A stretch of 64,000 nucleotides of DNA from an uncultured archaeon. GTDB taxonomy: Archaea > Hadarchaeota > Hadarchaeia > Hadarchaeales > WYZ-LMO6. The notes below the pieces were generated by a model. That model saw only the letters and a list, made by a program, of their open reading frames with translations. It did no database searches and was not told the origin of the DNA. The translations under genes and the position numbers were made by a program. Positions 26,496 to 39,050 of the stretch are shown here, piece by piece (positions within the stretch are counted from its first letter, which is position 1; every line of letters starts with the position of its first letter). The stretch is from positions 23,523 to 87,522 of the forward strand of contig CALJER010000008.1 of NCBI GenBank assembly GCA_938074535.1, in the 5' to 3' direction.

Positions 26496-27623
26496 TCAGC
26501 CCTTGAACTTCACGAACCTCTTCCACACCTCCCTGGCCTTCGGATGGTGGAGATGGTCCAAAGCCGTGCCCCTTGCCTCCCTTATCCCCATCCAGTCCAC
26601 CAGCTCCCTGAACCTTCCTCCCGCCAGCCCATCCGCCACCAGGGCGTAGCCCTGCGCCGTTTCCTTGGTGAGCCTCGCCCCCTCCAGTCCACCCACTTCC
26701 CTGATCCCGCCCAGCCTGCGCTCCAGCTCCTCCCTGATCCTCCCTATCCTCGCTAGCCTCCCGGAGACCAGGAGCTCCCTCGCCCCCCCGACCGAGACCC
26801 TCATGGAAGCCACGGCCTTCTCTATTCCCTCCATCATAGCCTCAAAAGCCAGCTCGAACCTCTCCCCCCTTCCCTCCGCGAACCTCTCGGGGTCCATTTC
26901 CCCCGTGATGGTGGCCGCGCCCCCCACGAAGACATCCCCCCTCTCCCACCTCCCCACCAGCTGCACCAGCTCCCCATCGAAAGAGGAAGCCGTGAGGAAG
27001 CCTATTCCGGGAAAGGTGGTTCCCCCTATCCCGTCCACGATCCTCCCTCCCTCCACGCCCAGCACCGCGTTGTAACCGAACCCCAGCTCTGCCAGGATGA
27101 AGGAGACCTCCCCGTAGGGGATGCCGAGCCTGGAGGCCTGGGAGTGGACACCCAGCACCGCCACCGCCATCTTGTCCGCCGTCCCCATGTCCAGCTTGTT
27201 GACCTTCCTGAACTCTGGGACCGTGGGCAGCTCCACCACCGAGGGGATGAAGACCACCGGAAGTCCCTCCCTCCTCATCCAGAGGCAGGCCTCCGTCATG
27301 TTCTTGTAGAGGACCGCGCCGAAGAGCCCCTGCTCGATGGCCTTCAGGACCTCCTCCTTGGTGGTGAGGAGGATGTAGTTGTAGTACCACTGCTCGAACC
27401 TCTCCTCCGGAACCTCCTCTATCCTCGTCAGCTCCACCCCGTACCCGGAGGGTCCGGCGATGAGGTCCACGGGGAGGGCCTCCTCAACCGCCTCCCTGAA
27501 GAGCTCTGGCCTCCTCACCAGCTCGGCGTTGTCCAGCGATCTCTCGTAGACCACCCTGCCGTCCTCCAGACCGCAGAGGTCCATGCTCTTGGTCCCGGGG
27601 TCTATCCCCAGCACCCTCACCAT
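26496..27623 (-). CDS. DUF1464 / ASKHA-superfamily protein (predicted butyrate-kinase-like)
   Basis: MVRVLGIDPGTKSMDL N-terminus typical of the acetate/sugar kinase fold. Confidence 0.5.
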   Translation of the reverse strand: MVRVLGIDPGTKSMDLCGLEDGRVVYERSLDNAELVRRPELFREAVEEALPVDLIAGPSGYGVELTRIEEVPEERFEQWYYNYILLTTKEEVLKAIEQGLFGAVLYKNMTEACLWMRREGLPVVFIPSVVELPTVPEFRKVNKLDMGTADKMAVAVLGVHSQASRLGIPYGEVSFILAELGFGYNAVLGVEGGRIVDGIGGTTFPGIGFLTASSFDGELVQLVGRWERGDVFVGGAATITGEMDPERFAEGRGERFELAFEAMMEGIEKAVASMRVSVGGARELLVSGRLARIGRIREELERRLGGIREVGGLEGARLTKETAQGYALVADGLAGGRFRELVDWMGIREARGTALDHLHHPKAREVWKRFVKFKG

Positions 27624-27638
27624 CGAGTCCCCTCCCTC

Positions 27639-27977
27639 CTAGGTCCCCTCCAGCCTTATCCTGTGCCCCACCCTCACCCCTCCCCTCCTGAGGGTGTCCG
27701 GAGGAAACTCCAGCAGGACCTCGGAGCCCCTCGGGGCCAGGCAGAACCTCCAGGGCTTCATCCTCCTCACCACCTTCACCGCCCTGCCGTCCTTCAGGAA
27801 GAGGAGGTCCAGGGGGAAGCGCATGAGGCAGGTGTGAACGTGCAGACTTCCCCCCCTGAAGAGGAGGGTGGTGGGCTCCTTCCTGAGCATCTGACCCTTC
27901 AGCCTCTTCCAGAAGCCCTCCGCCCTCTCCACCTCCTCCGCCAGCACGCGACCCGTGTCCTCATCCACCACCTTCAT
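27639..27977 (-). CDS. DUF192 family protein
   Basis: FWKRLKGQM...HTCLMRFPLDLLFL motif. Confidence 0.6.
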   Translation of the reverse strand: MKVVDEDTGRVLAEEVERAEGFWKRLKGQMLRKEPTTLLFRGGSLHVHTCLMRFPLDLLFLKDGRAVKVVRRMKPWRFCLAPRGSEVLLEFPPDTLRRGGVRVGHRIRLEGT

Positions 27978-28038
27978 CGATGAACCACCAGATTTTCCCT
28001 CACATAACCCTTAAGGAGAGGGGGGTGAAAGGAGAAAG

Positions 28039-28809
28039 ATGGAAACCGAGATCGCCTCCAGGATCATAAAGGAGTTCTGCCAGGACCTGCTGGAGAGCCT
28101 GAAGCTGGACGTGGTGGTGGCCGGGGCGGGTCCAGCTGGGCTCACCGCGGCGAGGTACCTGGCCAGGAGAGGGAGGAAGGTGGCCGTGTTTGAGAGGAAC
28201 CTCTGGGTGGGGGGAGGAATGTGGGGCGGAGGGATCCTCTTCCCAAAGCTCGTCGTGGAAAGGGAGGCCGCGCCCCTCCTCCAGGAGGCGGGAGTGAGGC
28301 TGAGGGGGGAGGGTCCCCTCCTGACGGCGGATGCGGTGGAGGTGGTGGCCAAGTGCACCTCCTCAGCCCTGGAAGCCGGTGCCAGGATCTTCGTGGGGAT
28401 GGAGGTGGAGGACCTGGTGGTGAGGAACTCCAGGGTCTGTGGGGTGGTCCTGAACTGGAGGGCCGTGAATCTGGCCAGGATGCATGTGGACCCCATAGGG
28501 GTGGAGGCCGGGGTGGTAATCGATGCCACGGGGCACGAGGCCTTCCTGGCGAGGGTCCTGGAGAGGAAGGTACCGGGCGTGAGGTTCCCCACCCCCACCG
28601 GGAAAATCGTGGGGGAGGGACCCATGGACGCTGAAAAAGCTGAGAAGGAAATTGTGGAGAACACGAAGGAGATCTACCCCGGACTGGTGGTGGCGGGGAT
28701 GACGGCCGGAGCCGTCTTCGGCTCTCCCAGAATGGGTCCCGTCTTTGGGGGGATGCTGCTCTCGGGGAGGAAAGCCGCCGAGCTCGCCCTGAAGCTCCTG
28801 CGGGCCTGA
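28039..28809 (+). CDS. thi4: Thiamine thiazole synthase Thi4 family
   Basis: DVVVAGAGPAGLTAARYLA FAD motif and the Thi4 glycine-rich core. Confidence 0.85.
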   Translation: METEIASRIIKEFCQDLLESLKLDVVVAGAGPAGLTAARYLARRGRKVAVFERNLWVGGGMWGGGILFPKLVVEREAAPLLQEAGVRLRGEGPLLTADAVEVVAKCTSSALEAGARIFVGMEVEDLVVRNSRVCGVVLNWRAVNLARMHVDPIGVEAGVVIDATGHEAFLARVLERKVPGVRFPTPTGKIVGEGPMDAEKAEKEIVENTKEIYPGLVVAGMTAGAVFGSPRMGPVFGGMLLSGRKAAELALKLLRA

Positions 28810-28854
28810 GCCCCTCAGGGCTGCCAGCGGCGACCAAAGCAGGGATGGGGAAGG

Positions 28855-28939
28855 CGCCGGGGGAGGGATTTGAACCCTCGGGACCCAAAGGGTCACACGC
28901 TCTCAAGGCGTGCGCCTTACCTGGCTTGGCTACCCCGGC
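28855..28939 (-). tRNA. tRNA-Ser (anticodon UGA), class II with long variable arm
   Basis: Folded by hand: acceptor GCCGGGG/CCCCGGC, anticodon loop CTTGAGA, 16-nt variable arm, T-loop TTCAAAT, discriminator G. Confidence 0.8.
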
Positions 28940-29013
28940 CCAGAAAAACTTGGAAGGGGAGGGTATAGAGCTGACGAAAACCTCTTTTAGTCGGGACCGC
29001 CCCGGTGGAAGGA

Positions 29014-29348
29014 TGGGAGCCGGGCTGGGGGACATTTCCAGGCTGGCCTGGTATCTGGAGCTGCTGGCCTTTTTCTGCGTGGGATTGGGGGTGGTCCTGC
29101 TGGGCGTGGACGCGTACCTGGCGGGGGCCGCGCAGCAGCTCTCCGAGCTGGGGGCCGAGACGGAAGGGGTGGAGAGCACCCTCGACTCCGCCGTGGCGGT
29201 GGTCCTGATCCTGGGAACCATCATGCTGGTGTGCGGCGGGGGATGCTGGTACCTGAGCCACAGGATCCAGAAAATCATGGAGGAGTCCTCCGAGGACCTG
29301 AGAACCATAGAGGTGAGGAGGGCCTCCCGCCAGGCCCCGAGGGAGTAG
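29014..29348 (+). CDS. Small two-TM membrane protein, hypothetical
   Basis: Hydrophobic segments. The upstream part of ORF 28845.. overlaps the tRNA and was rejected. Confidence 0.35.
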
Positions 29349-29360
29349 GTCCTCTCCCAA

Positions 29361-29393
29361 GGTTTATACATCGAAACCGATATCGAAAGTGAT
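29361..29393 (+). promoter_or_regulatory. PadR operon promoter (TATA GGTTTATACA) with adjacent palindromes CGATATCG and ATATC-N7-GATAT
   Basis: TATA about 27 nt upstream of ATG 29394. The palindromes lie between TATA and the start codon; this could be the PadR autoregulatory operator. Confidence 0.4.
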
Positions 29394-29924
29394 ATGCTCG
29401 GGTGGATGCGGGGCAGGGCCGTGCCCAGGGGCCTGCTGCGCTACTACGTGCTGGAGTCCCTGGGCGAGAAACCCATGTCGGGCTCGGAGCTCATGGACGA
29501 GATCGAGGGGAGGAGCGAGGGGTGCTGGAGGCCCAGCCCAGGCTCCATCTATCCCCTGCTGGCCTGGCTCCAGGACACGGGTCACGTGGAGGAGATGCCG
29601 CGCGACCGGAGCGGAAGGAGGCGCTACAGGCTCACGCCCAAGGGGAAAAAGCTCCTCCGGGAGGAGAGGAGGGTGTGGACGAGGGTGGGGGGGACGGACT
29701 TCTTTGTCCCCCCCTTCGGCCCCCCCTGGCACAGGCTGCCCCCCGAGAGGGCGGCGGAAATGAGGAGGGCGATGCGCAAGGTGGTGGTCGCCTTCATGGA
29801 AGCCATGGGAACCCTGGCGGAGGAAGCCTCGGAGGAGGCTCTGGAGGGGATGCGCAGGATCCTGGAGGAAACGGCTGAAAGGTTCGAGGAGGTGAGCCGG
29901 AAGCTCAGGGAGGGGAGGAAATGA
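29394..29924 (+). CDS. PadR-family transcriptional regulator
   Basis: SGSELMDEIEGRSEGCWRPSPGSIYPLLAWLQDTGHV matches the PadR wHTH signature. Its stop overlaps the ABC ATPase start (ATGA). Confidence 0.7.
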   Translation: MLGWMRGRAVPRGLLRYYVLESLGEKPMSGSELMDEIEGRSEGCWRPSPGSIYPLLAWLQDTGHVEEMPRDRSGRRRYRLTPKGKKLLREERRVWTRVGGTDFFVPPFGPPWHRLPPERAAEMRRAMRKVVVAFMEAMGTLAEEASEEALEGMRRILEETAERFEEVSRKLREGRK

Positions 29925-30913
29925 GAGAAATGGTGAGAGCGGAGGAACTCACCAGGGTCTTCAACGGCCTCACCGCCGTGGACCACGTCACCTTCGGGGT
30001 GAGGGAGGGGGAAATCTTCGGTTTCCTCGGGCCCAACGGGGCCGGAAAGACCACCACCATCCACATGCTCACCACCGTCCTGAAGCCCACCGGAGGCAGG
30101 GCGGAGGTTTGCGGCTACGATGTGGTGAAAGAACCGGAGAAGGTGCGGAAGTCCATAGGGGTGGTGCCCCAGGAGTACACGGCGGACGAGGACCTGACCG
30201 GGTACGAGAACGTGATGCTCTGTGCGGACCTCTACGGCCTCCCCAGGGAAGAGGGCAGGAAGAGGGCCCTGGAGCTCCTCTCCCTGGTGCAGCTGGAGCC
30301 CTTCAAGGACAAGAGGGTGGAGACCTACTCTGGAGGGATGAGGAGGAGGCTGGAGCTGGCCTGCGGACTCATCAACCGCCCGAAAGTGCTCTTCCTGGAC
30401 GAGCCCACGCTGGGGCTGGACGTTCAGACCAGGGCCTCCATCTGGGAGCACATCCTCTCCCTGAGGGAGAACTTCGGGATGACGGTCTTCCTCACCACCC
30501 ACTACCTGGAGGAGGCCGACCACCTCTGCGACCGCATCGCCATCATCGACCACGGGAAAATCGTGGAGGAGGGGAGCCCGTCGGAGCTGAAGGACTCGCT
30601 GGGGGGAGACCTCCTCACCCTGGAGTGCGAGGGGGAGGGAGTGGAGGAGATCCTGAGGGCCCTGGAGGGGGTGAGGGAGGTGAAGGCGGAGGGGAGGGAA
30701 TACAGGGTGAAGGTTACCAGGGGGGAAACCGTGGCACCCCTCCTCCTGAAGGCCCTGGGCGAGAAGGGCCTGACGGTCAAACGCCTCTCCCTCGCGAAGC
30801 CCACCCTCGACGAGGTCTACCTGGAAAAGACCGGGAAGTCGCTCAGGGACCAGGGGGAGAGCCCGGAGGAGGTTATAAAACAGAGGGTGACCCTGTGGAG
30901 GGCCAGGAGGTAG
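29921..30913 (+). CDS. ABC transporter ATP-binding protein (ABC-2/DrrA-like exporter)
   Basis: Walker A GPNGAGKTT, signature LSGGMRRRL, Walker B LLFLDEP. Confidence 0.9.
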   Translation: MREMVRAEELTRVFNGLTAVDHVTFGVREGEIFGFLGPNGAGKTTTIHMLTTVLKPTGGRAEVCGYDVVKEPEKVRKSIGVVPQEYTADEDLTGYENVMLCADLYGLPREEGRKRALELLSLVQLEPFKDKRVETYSGGMRRRLELACGLINRPKVLFLDEPTLGLDVQTRASIWEHILSLRENFGMTVFLTTHYLEEADHLCDRIAIIDHGKIVEEGSPSELKDSLGGDLLTLECEGEGVEEILRALEGVREVKAEGREYRVKVTRGETVAPLLLKALGEKGLTVKRLSLAKPTLDEVYLEKTGKSLRDQGESPEEVIKQRVTLWRARR

Positions 30914-31734
30914 GGGGCCGTCCCCTGCAGGGCTTTCTCGCCCTGACCAAAAGGGAGCTGAAAAAGTGGTACAAGGAACCCCTCCTCCTGCTCATCACCG
31001 TCCTCCAGCCCCTCATCTGGATGGTCTTCCTGGGGAAGGCCATGAACCTGGGGGCAGTTTTCGGGGGAGGGGTACCGCCCGAGCTGGCCAGGGGACTCAT
31101 GCTCCGCTCCTTCGGGACCACCGACTACTTCTCCTTCATGGCCACGGGGATGATCGCCGTCACCTGCCTCTTCACCACCATGTTCACCGGGTTCTCCATC
31201 ATCTGGGACCGCAGACTGGGCTTCCTCAACAAGGTCCTGAGCACCCCCGTTTCCAGGGCCTCCGTGATCTTCTCCAAGGTCGTCTACGCCACCCTTCGCT
31301 CTTCCTTCCAGGTCCTCATCATCCTGGTGGCCGCCTTCGCCCTGGGGCTGAAGGTGGGCCCCGGCTTCCATCCCCTCCACCTGCTTGGGGTCTTCCTGGT
31401 CGCCTTCATGGTGTGCGTGACCTTCTCCTCCCTCTTCCTCATGCTGGCCCTCAGGTCCACCAGGTGGGAGGCCCCCATGGCCATGGTGAACCTGATGCTC
31501 ATGCCCCTGATGTTCGCCTCCAACGTCTTCTTCCCCCTGGAGCTGATGCCAGGCTGGCTGAGGGCCATAGCCAGCGTGAACCCCCTCTCCTACACCAACG
31601 ATGCCGTGAGGCAGTTCACCATCTGGAGGCTGGACAGGGGCGCCCTCTTGAGGGACCTGGCCTACCTGGGGCTCTTCAGCCTGACCATCTCTTCCCTGAG
31701 CGTCTACCTGGCCAAGAAGTACCTCTCCCGCTAA
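30895..31734 (+). CDS. ABC-2 type transporter permease
   Basis: Six-TM ABC-2 permease pattern. GTG start at 30895 overlaps the ATPase 3' end. The N-terminal part of ORF 30109.. is shadow sequence. Confidence 0.7.
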   Translation: MEGQEVGGRPLQGFLALTKRELKKWYKEPLLLLITVLQPLIWMVFLGKAMNLGAVFGGGVPPELARGLMLRSFGTTDYFSFMATGMIAVTCLFTTMFTGFSIIWDRRLGFLNKVLSTPVSRASVIFSKVVYATLRSSFQVLIILVAAFALGLKVGPGFHPLHLLGVFLVAFMVCVTFSSLFLMLALRSTRWEAPMAMVNLMLMPLMFASNVFFPLELMPGWLRAIASVNPLSYTNDAVRQFTIWRLDRGALLRDLAYLGLFSLTISSLSVYLAKKYLSR

Positions 31735-32117
31735 CCCTTGAGCTCTATCTTGATGTGGACTTCCGGCGGGATCTGCAGGCGCATGAGCTGCCGCATCGCC
31801 CTCTCATCCGCCTTCACGTAGATGAGCCTTTTATGTATCCTGAGCTCCCACTTATCCCAGGTGGCCGTTCCCTCCCCATCCGGAGCCTTCTTCACGGGCA
31901 CCACGATGCGCTTGGTGGGAAGGGGGATGGGACCCCAAACCACCCTCTCCCCTCCCTCCTGGGCCTTCTTCGCCTGGGCCATGATGCGCTTGGGGGGGAG
32001 GGGAATGGGTCCGGACATCTCCACTCCGGTGCGCTGGGCTATCTCCTTGATCTGCGCACATATCTCATCCAGCTTCCTGTGATCCGTACCGGACAGGTGG
32101 ATCTTGGCCCGCTGCAT
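31731..32117 (-). CDS. rps10: 30S ribosomal protein S10 (uS10) carrying a 26-aa in-frame internal duplication/insertion
   Basis: [31 protein letters not shown]...[20 protein letters not shown] matches uS10. [10 protein letters not shown]...[10 protein letters not shown] is duplicated. Confidence 0.85.
   Translation of the reverse strand: MQRAKIHLSGTDHRKLDEICAQIKEIAQRTGVEMSGPIPLPPKRIMAQAKKAQEGGERVVWGPIPLPTKRIVVPVKKAPDGEGTATWDKWELRIHKRLIYVKADERAMRQLMRLQIPPEVHIKIELKG
31902..32012. repeat. Imperfect 33-bp direct repeat (28/33 identical) 78 bp apart inside rps10; it causes the in-frame duplication of the GPIPLP(P/T)KRI segment
   Basis: cacgatgcgcttggtgggaagggggatgggacc (31902-31934) against catgatgcgcttgggggggaggggaatgggtcc (31980-32012). 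Confidence 0.7.
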
Positions 32118-32157
32118 CCAGGCACCCCTCACCTTTTACCGGGAGGGTAAAAAAGGT

Positions 32158-33420
32158 TCACTTGGCCTTCACCACGTCTATACACACGCCCGCCGCGATG
32201 GTCATACCCATGTCGCGGATCGCAAACCTGGCGAGCTGGGGTATGTCCGAAACCTTCTCGATCACGAGGGGCTTCGTAGGCTTTACCCTGATGGTGGCCA
32301 TGTCGCCCTTCTTTATGAACTGGGGATGCTCCTCCACCACCTGGCCCGTCCTCGGATCCAGCTTGTTGATAATTTCCGTGATCTGGCAGGCCACCTGGGC
32401 GGTGTGAACGTGGAACACGGGCGTGTAGCCCACCGCTATGGCCGTCGGGTGCTGCAGGACTGCTATCCTGGCCACGAACTCGCTCGCCACCGTCGGCGGG
32501 GAGCTCGGCAGGCCCGCCACGTCACCCCTCCTGATCTCGTTCTTGGCTATCCCCCTTATGTTGAACCCTATGTTGTCCCCCGGTTCAGCCTTGGGGATGG
32601 ACTCGTGGTGCATCTCTATGGACTTCACCTCGCCCGTCTTCCCGGAAGGCTCGAGCACCAGGGTATCACCCACCTTGAGCACCCCCGTTTCCACCCTGCC
32701 CACCGGCACCGTCCCCACACCCGTGATGGAGTACACGTCCTGGATGGGAATCCTCAGGGGCTTGTCTATGGGCTTCGGAGGTATCACGAAAGAGTCGAGG
32801 GCCTGCAGCATGGTGGGGCCGCTGTACCACTTCATCTTCTCGCTGGGCTTCGTCACGTTCTCTCCGTGGAAGGCCGACACGGGAACGAAGGGGAACTTGT
32901 CCGCGTTCCTGAACCCCACCACTCTCAGCATCTCCATGATCTCCGACCTCAGCTTCTCGTAAACCTCCTTCTTGTACTCCACCAAGTCCATCTTGTTGAC
33001 CGCCACCGCCAGCTGCCCCACCCCCAGCGTGAAAGCAAGGGCGGCGTGCTCCCTCGTCTGGGGCATGATCCCATCGTCCGCAGCCACCACCAGGATGCCC
33101 GCATCCGCCTGACTGGCCCCCGTGATCATGTTCTTGACGAAGTCCCTGTGGCCGGGGGCATCTATGAGGGTGAAGTAATACTTGTCGGTCTCGAACTTCC
33201 TGTGGGCCAGGTCAATGGTGAGGCCGCGCTCCCTCTCCTCCTTCAAGTCGTCCATCACCCAAGCGAACTTGAAGGCCTTCCCCTTGTCCCCTAGGGCCTC
33301 GAACTTCTTTATCTCCTCCTCCTTCACCACCCCCGTCTCGAAGAGCAGCCTCCCCAGGAGGGTGGACTTGCCGTGGTCCACGTGCCCCATCGTCACCAGG
33401 TTCAGGTGTGGTTTGGCCAT
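32158..33420 (-). CDS. tuf: Translation elongation factor EF-1 alpha
   Basis: [17 protein letters not shown] and NKMD GTPase motifs; full length. Confidence 0.95.
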   Translation of the reverse strand: MAKPHLNLVTMGHVDHGKSTLLGRLLFETGVVKEEEIKKFEALGDKGKAFKFAWVMDDLKEERERGLTIDLAHRKFETDKYYFTLIDAPGHRDFVKNMITGASQADAGILVVAADDGIMPQTREHAALAFTLGVGQLAVAVNKMDLVEYKKEVYEKLRSEIMEMLRVVGFRNADKFPFVPVSAFHGENVTKPSEKMKWYSGPTMLQALDSFVIPPKPIDKPLRIPIQDVYSITGVGTVPVGRVETGVLKVGDTLVLEPSGKTGEVKSIEMHHESIPKAEPGDNIGFNIRGIAKNEIRRGDVAGLPSSPPTVASEFVARIAVLQHPTAIAVGYTPVFHVHTAQVACQITEIINKLDPRTGQVVEEHPQFIKKGDMATIRVKPTKPLVIEKVSDIPQLARFAIRDMGMTIAAGVCIDVVKAK

Positions 33421-33471
33421 CTTCTCGACCTTAGTCTCGATTGTCCTCCCGAATTTAAATCTTTTTGTGTT
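33421..33471 (-). promoter_or_regulatory. Internal promoter upstream of tuf (TTTAAAT about 30 nt from the ATG)
   Basis: Minus-strand AAAAAGATTTAAATTCGG in the S7-tuf spacer. Confidence 0.4.
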
Positions 33472-34077
33472 TCACCTGGCCTTCTCGGCTATCCTCTCTA
33501 TCTCTTCCTTCCTGGCCACCGCATAGCTCTTGGAGTCGTACTGGGAGGCCAGGATGATTTCTTCGGCCAAACACTCCTCTATGGGTTTTTTGTTCCTGAA
33601 GGAAGCGGCGAAGGCCCCTGCCGCCAGATTCATCAGGGCCACGTCGATTCCCCTGGCGGGAGAGGCGTCCACCGCCAGATGATAGGTGATGCCTCCGTAG
33701 GTAATCCTGGTAGTTTCCTCCCGGGGAGCGGCGTAGTGGATGGCGTCCACCAGCACCTGCAGGGGGTTCTTCTTCGTCCTTTCCTCTATGATCTCGAAAG
33801 CCCTCTTCACGATGTTGTAGGCCTTGTGCTTCTTTCCGCACGCACCCGCTCCCCGAATCACCTTCCCCCCTATCTTCTTGGCCCCCGGCCCAGACCTCAT
33901 GACCTTGTTTATGAGGCGCTCCACTATCGGCACTTTTGCCTTGCCCAGACTCTCGTAGACATGCCTCCCGCCCGAAGACAGGGCCAGCGTGGGCTGCAAC
34001 CTCAGGTACCTCTTCATCCCCGGGTCCCTGATCTCCACCCCCTCCGCAGACCACTTCCCGAAGTACTTCATCTCCAA
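33472..34077 (-). CDS. rps7: 30S ribosomal protein S7 (uS7)
   Basis: Conserved uS7 sequence. Confidence 0.9.
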   Translation of the reverse strand: MEMKYFGKWSAEGVEIRDPGMKRYLRLQPTLALSSGGRHVYESLGKAKVPIVERLINKVMRSGPGAKKIGGKVIRGAGACGKKHKAYNIVKRAFEIIEERTKKNPLQVLVDAIHYAAPREETTRITYGGITYHLAVDASPARGIDVALMNLAAGAFAASFRNKKPIEECLAEEIILASQYDSKSYAVARKEEIERIAEKAR

Positions 34078-34081
34078 ACCA

Positions 34082-34510
34082 TCACCTCGCGGGCTTTTCC
34101 TTCCTGCCCTTCACCAGCTCCTTCAGGGAAACTCCGTTCACCTTCACCACCCTGTACCTCACCCCGGGGATGTCTCCCTTAGGACCCCCCTGGGCACCGC
34201 CTATCCCCTCTATGATCACCTCGTCGTGCTCGTCGATGAACCCTATGGCACCGTCACCGGGAGCGAAGGCAGTCACCTGCCTGCCGTTCTTCACTATCTG
34301 GACCCTGACGCACTTCCTTATGGCCGAGTTGGGCTGCTTCGCCTCCATCCCCACCTTCTCCAAAACGATAGCCCTGGCCTGGGGGGCCCCTTCCAGGGGA
34401 TCGGCTTTCTTGTCCAGCCCCAGCATCCTCCGCTGGTAAGCCGAGTCCCTCCACCTGAACCTCTGCCTGCTGGACTTCAGCTTCCTGGCCGCAAATTCTC
34501 CCCTTCCCAT
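34082..34510 (-). CDS. rps12: 30S ribosomal protein S12 (uS12)
   Basis: [12 protein letters not shown] signature. Confidence 0.9.
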   Translation of the reverse strand: MGRGEFAARKLKSSRQRFRWRDSAYQRRMLGLDKKADPLEGAPQARAIVLEKVGMEAKQPNSAIRKCVRVQIVKNGRQVTAFAPGDGAIGFIDEHDEVIIEGIGGAQGGPKGDIPGVRYRVVKVNGVSLKELVKGRKEKPAR

Positions 34511-34531
34511 CTCATCCCCTCCGGCGCCCCC

Positions 34532-34956
34532 TCATTTTATTATTATGTTGTGGATTCCACAGTTCCTCTGGGCGAGCCTCTTCGCCCTCTTAATCCTTGC
34601 ACCGCCCTTCCCTATCGCAAGTCCCTTGTCCTGCTGCCTCACCTCAAGCACCGCCACCTTCTTCCCGTCCTCCTCCGCGAAGACCAGGGAACCTATCTGG
34701 GCGGGGGCAAAGAGCAGTCTGAGGAACTCCTCCGGATCCTCCGAGTACCCCACCACCTCCACCTCCTTCCCGAGCATCTTCTTGAGCTTCTTTACGTGGC
34801 ACCCGTTCTTACCCACGCAGAGTCCCACCAGCTCCTTCTGCACCAGAAACACCAGTCTGTTCTCCCCCTCGCTGAGGATGCAATCCCTGGCCTTCACCCC
34901 GCTTACCATCTCCAGGAGGGAAATATATCTCATCTCTTCCTCGCTGAGGACGATGT

Positions 34957-34960
<4 letters not shown>
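34532..34960 (-). CDS. nusA: Archaeal NusA-like transcription termination factor (KH domains)
   Basis: GxxG KH motifs LVGLCVGKNG and AIGKGGARIK. Confidence 0.85.
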
Positions 34961-39039
<4,079 letters not shown>

Positions 39040-39050
39040 CTCCCCACCCC

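Noticed and set aside
28845-29013. 5' part of ORF 28845..29348 as coding
   Set aside because: It overlaps the tRNA-Ser gene on the opposite strand. Only the downstream hydrophobic part (from ATG 29014) is retained, at low confidence.
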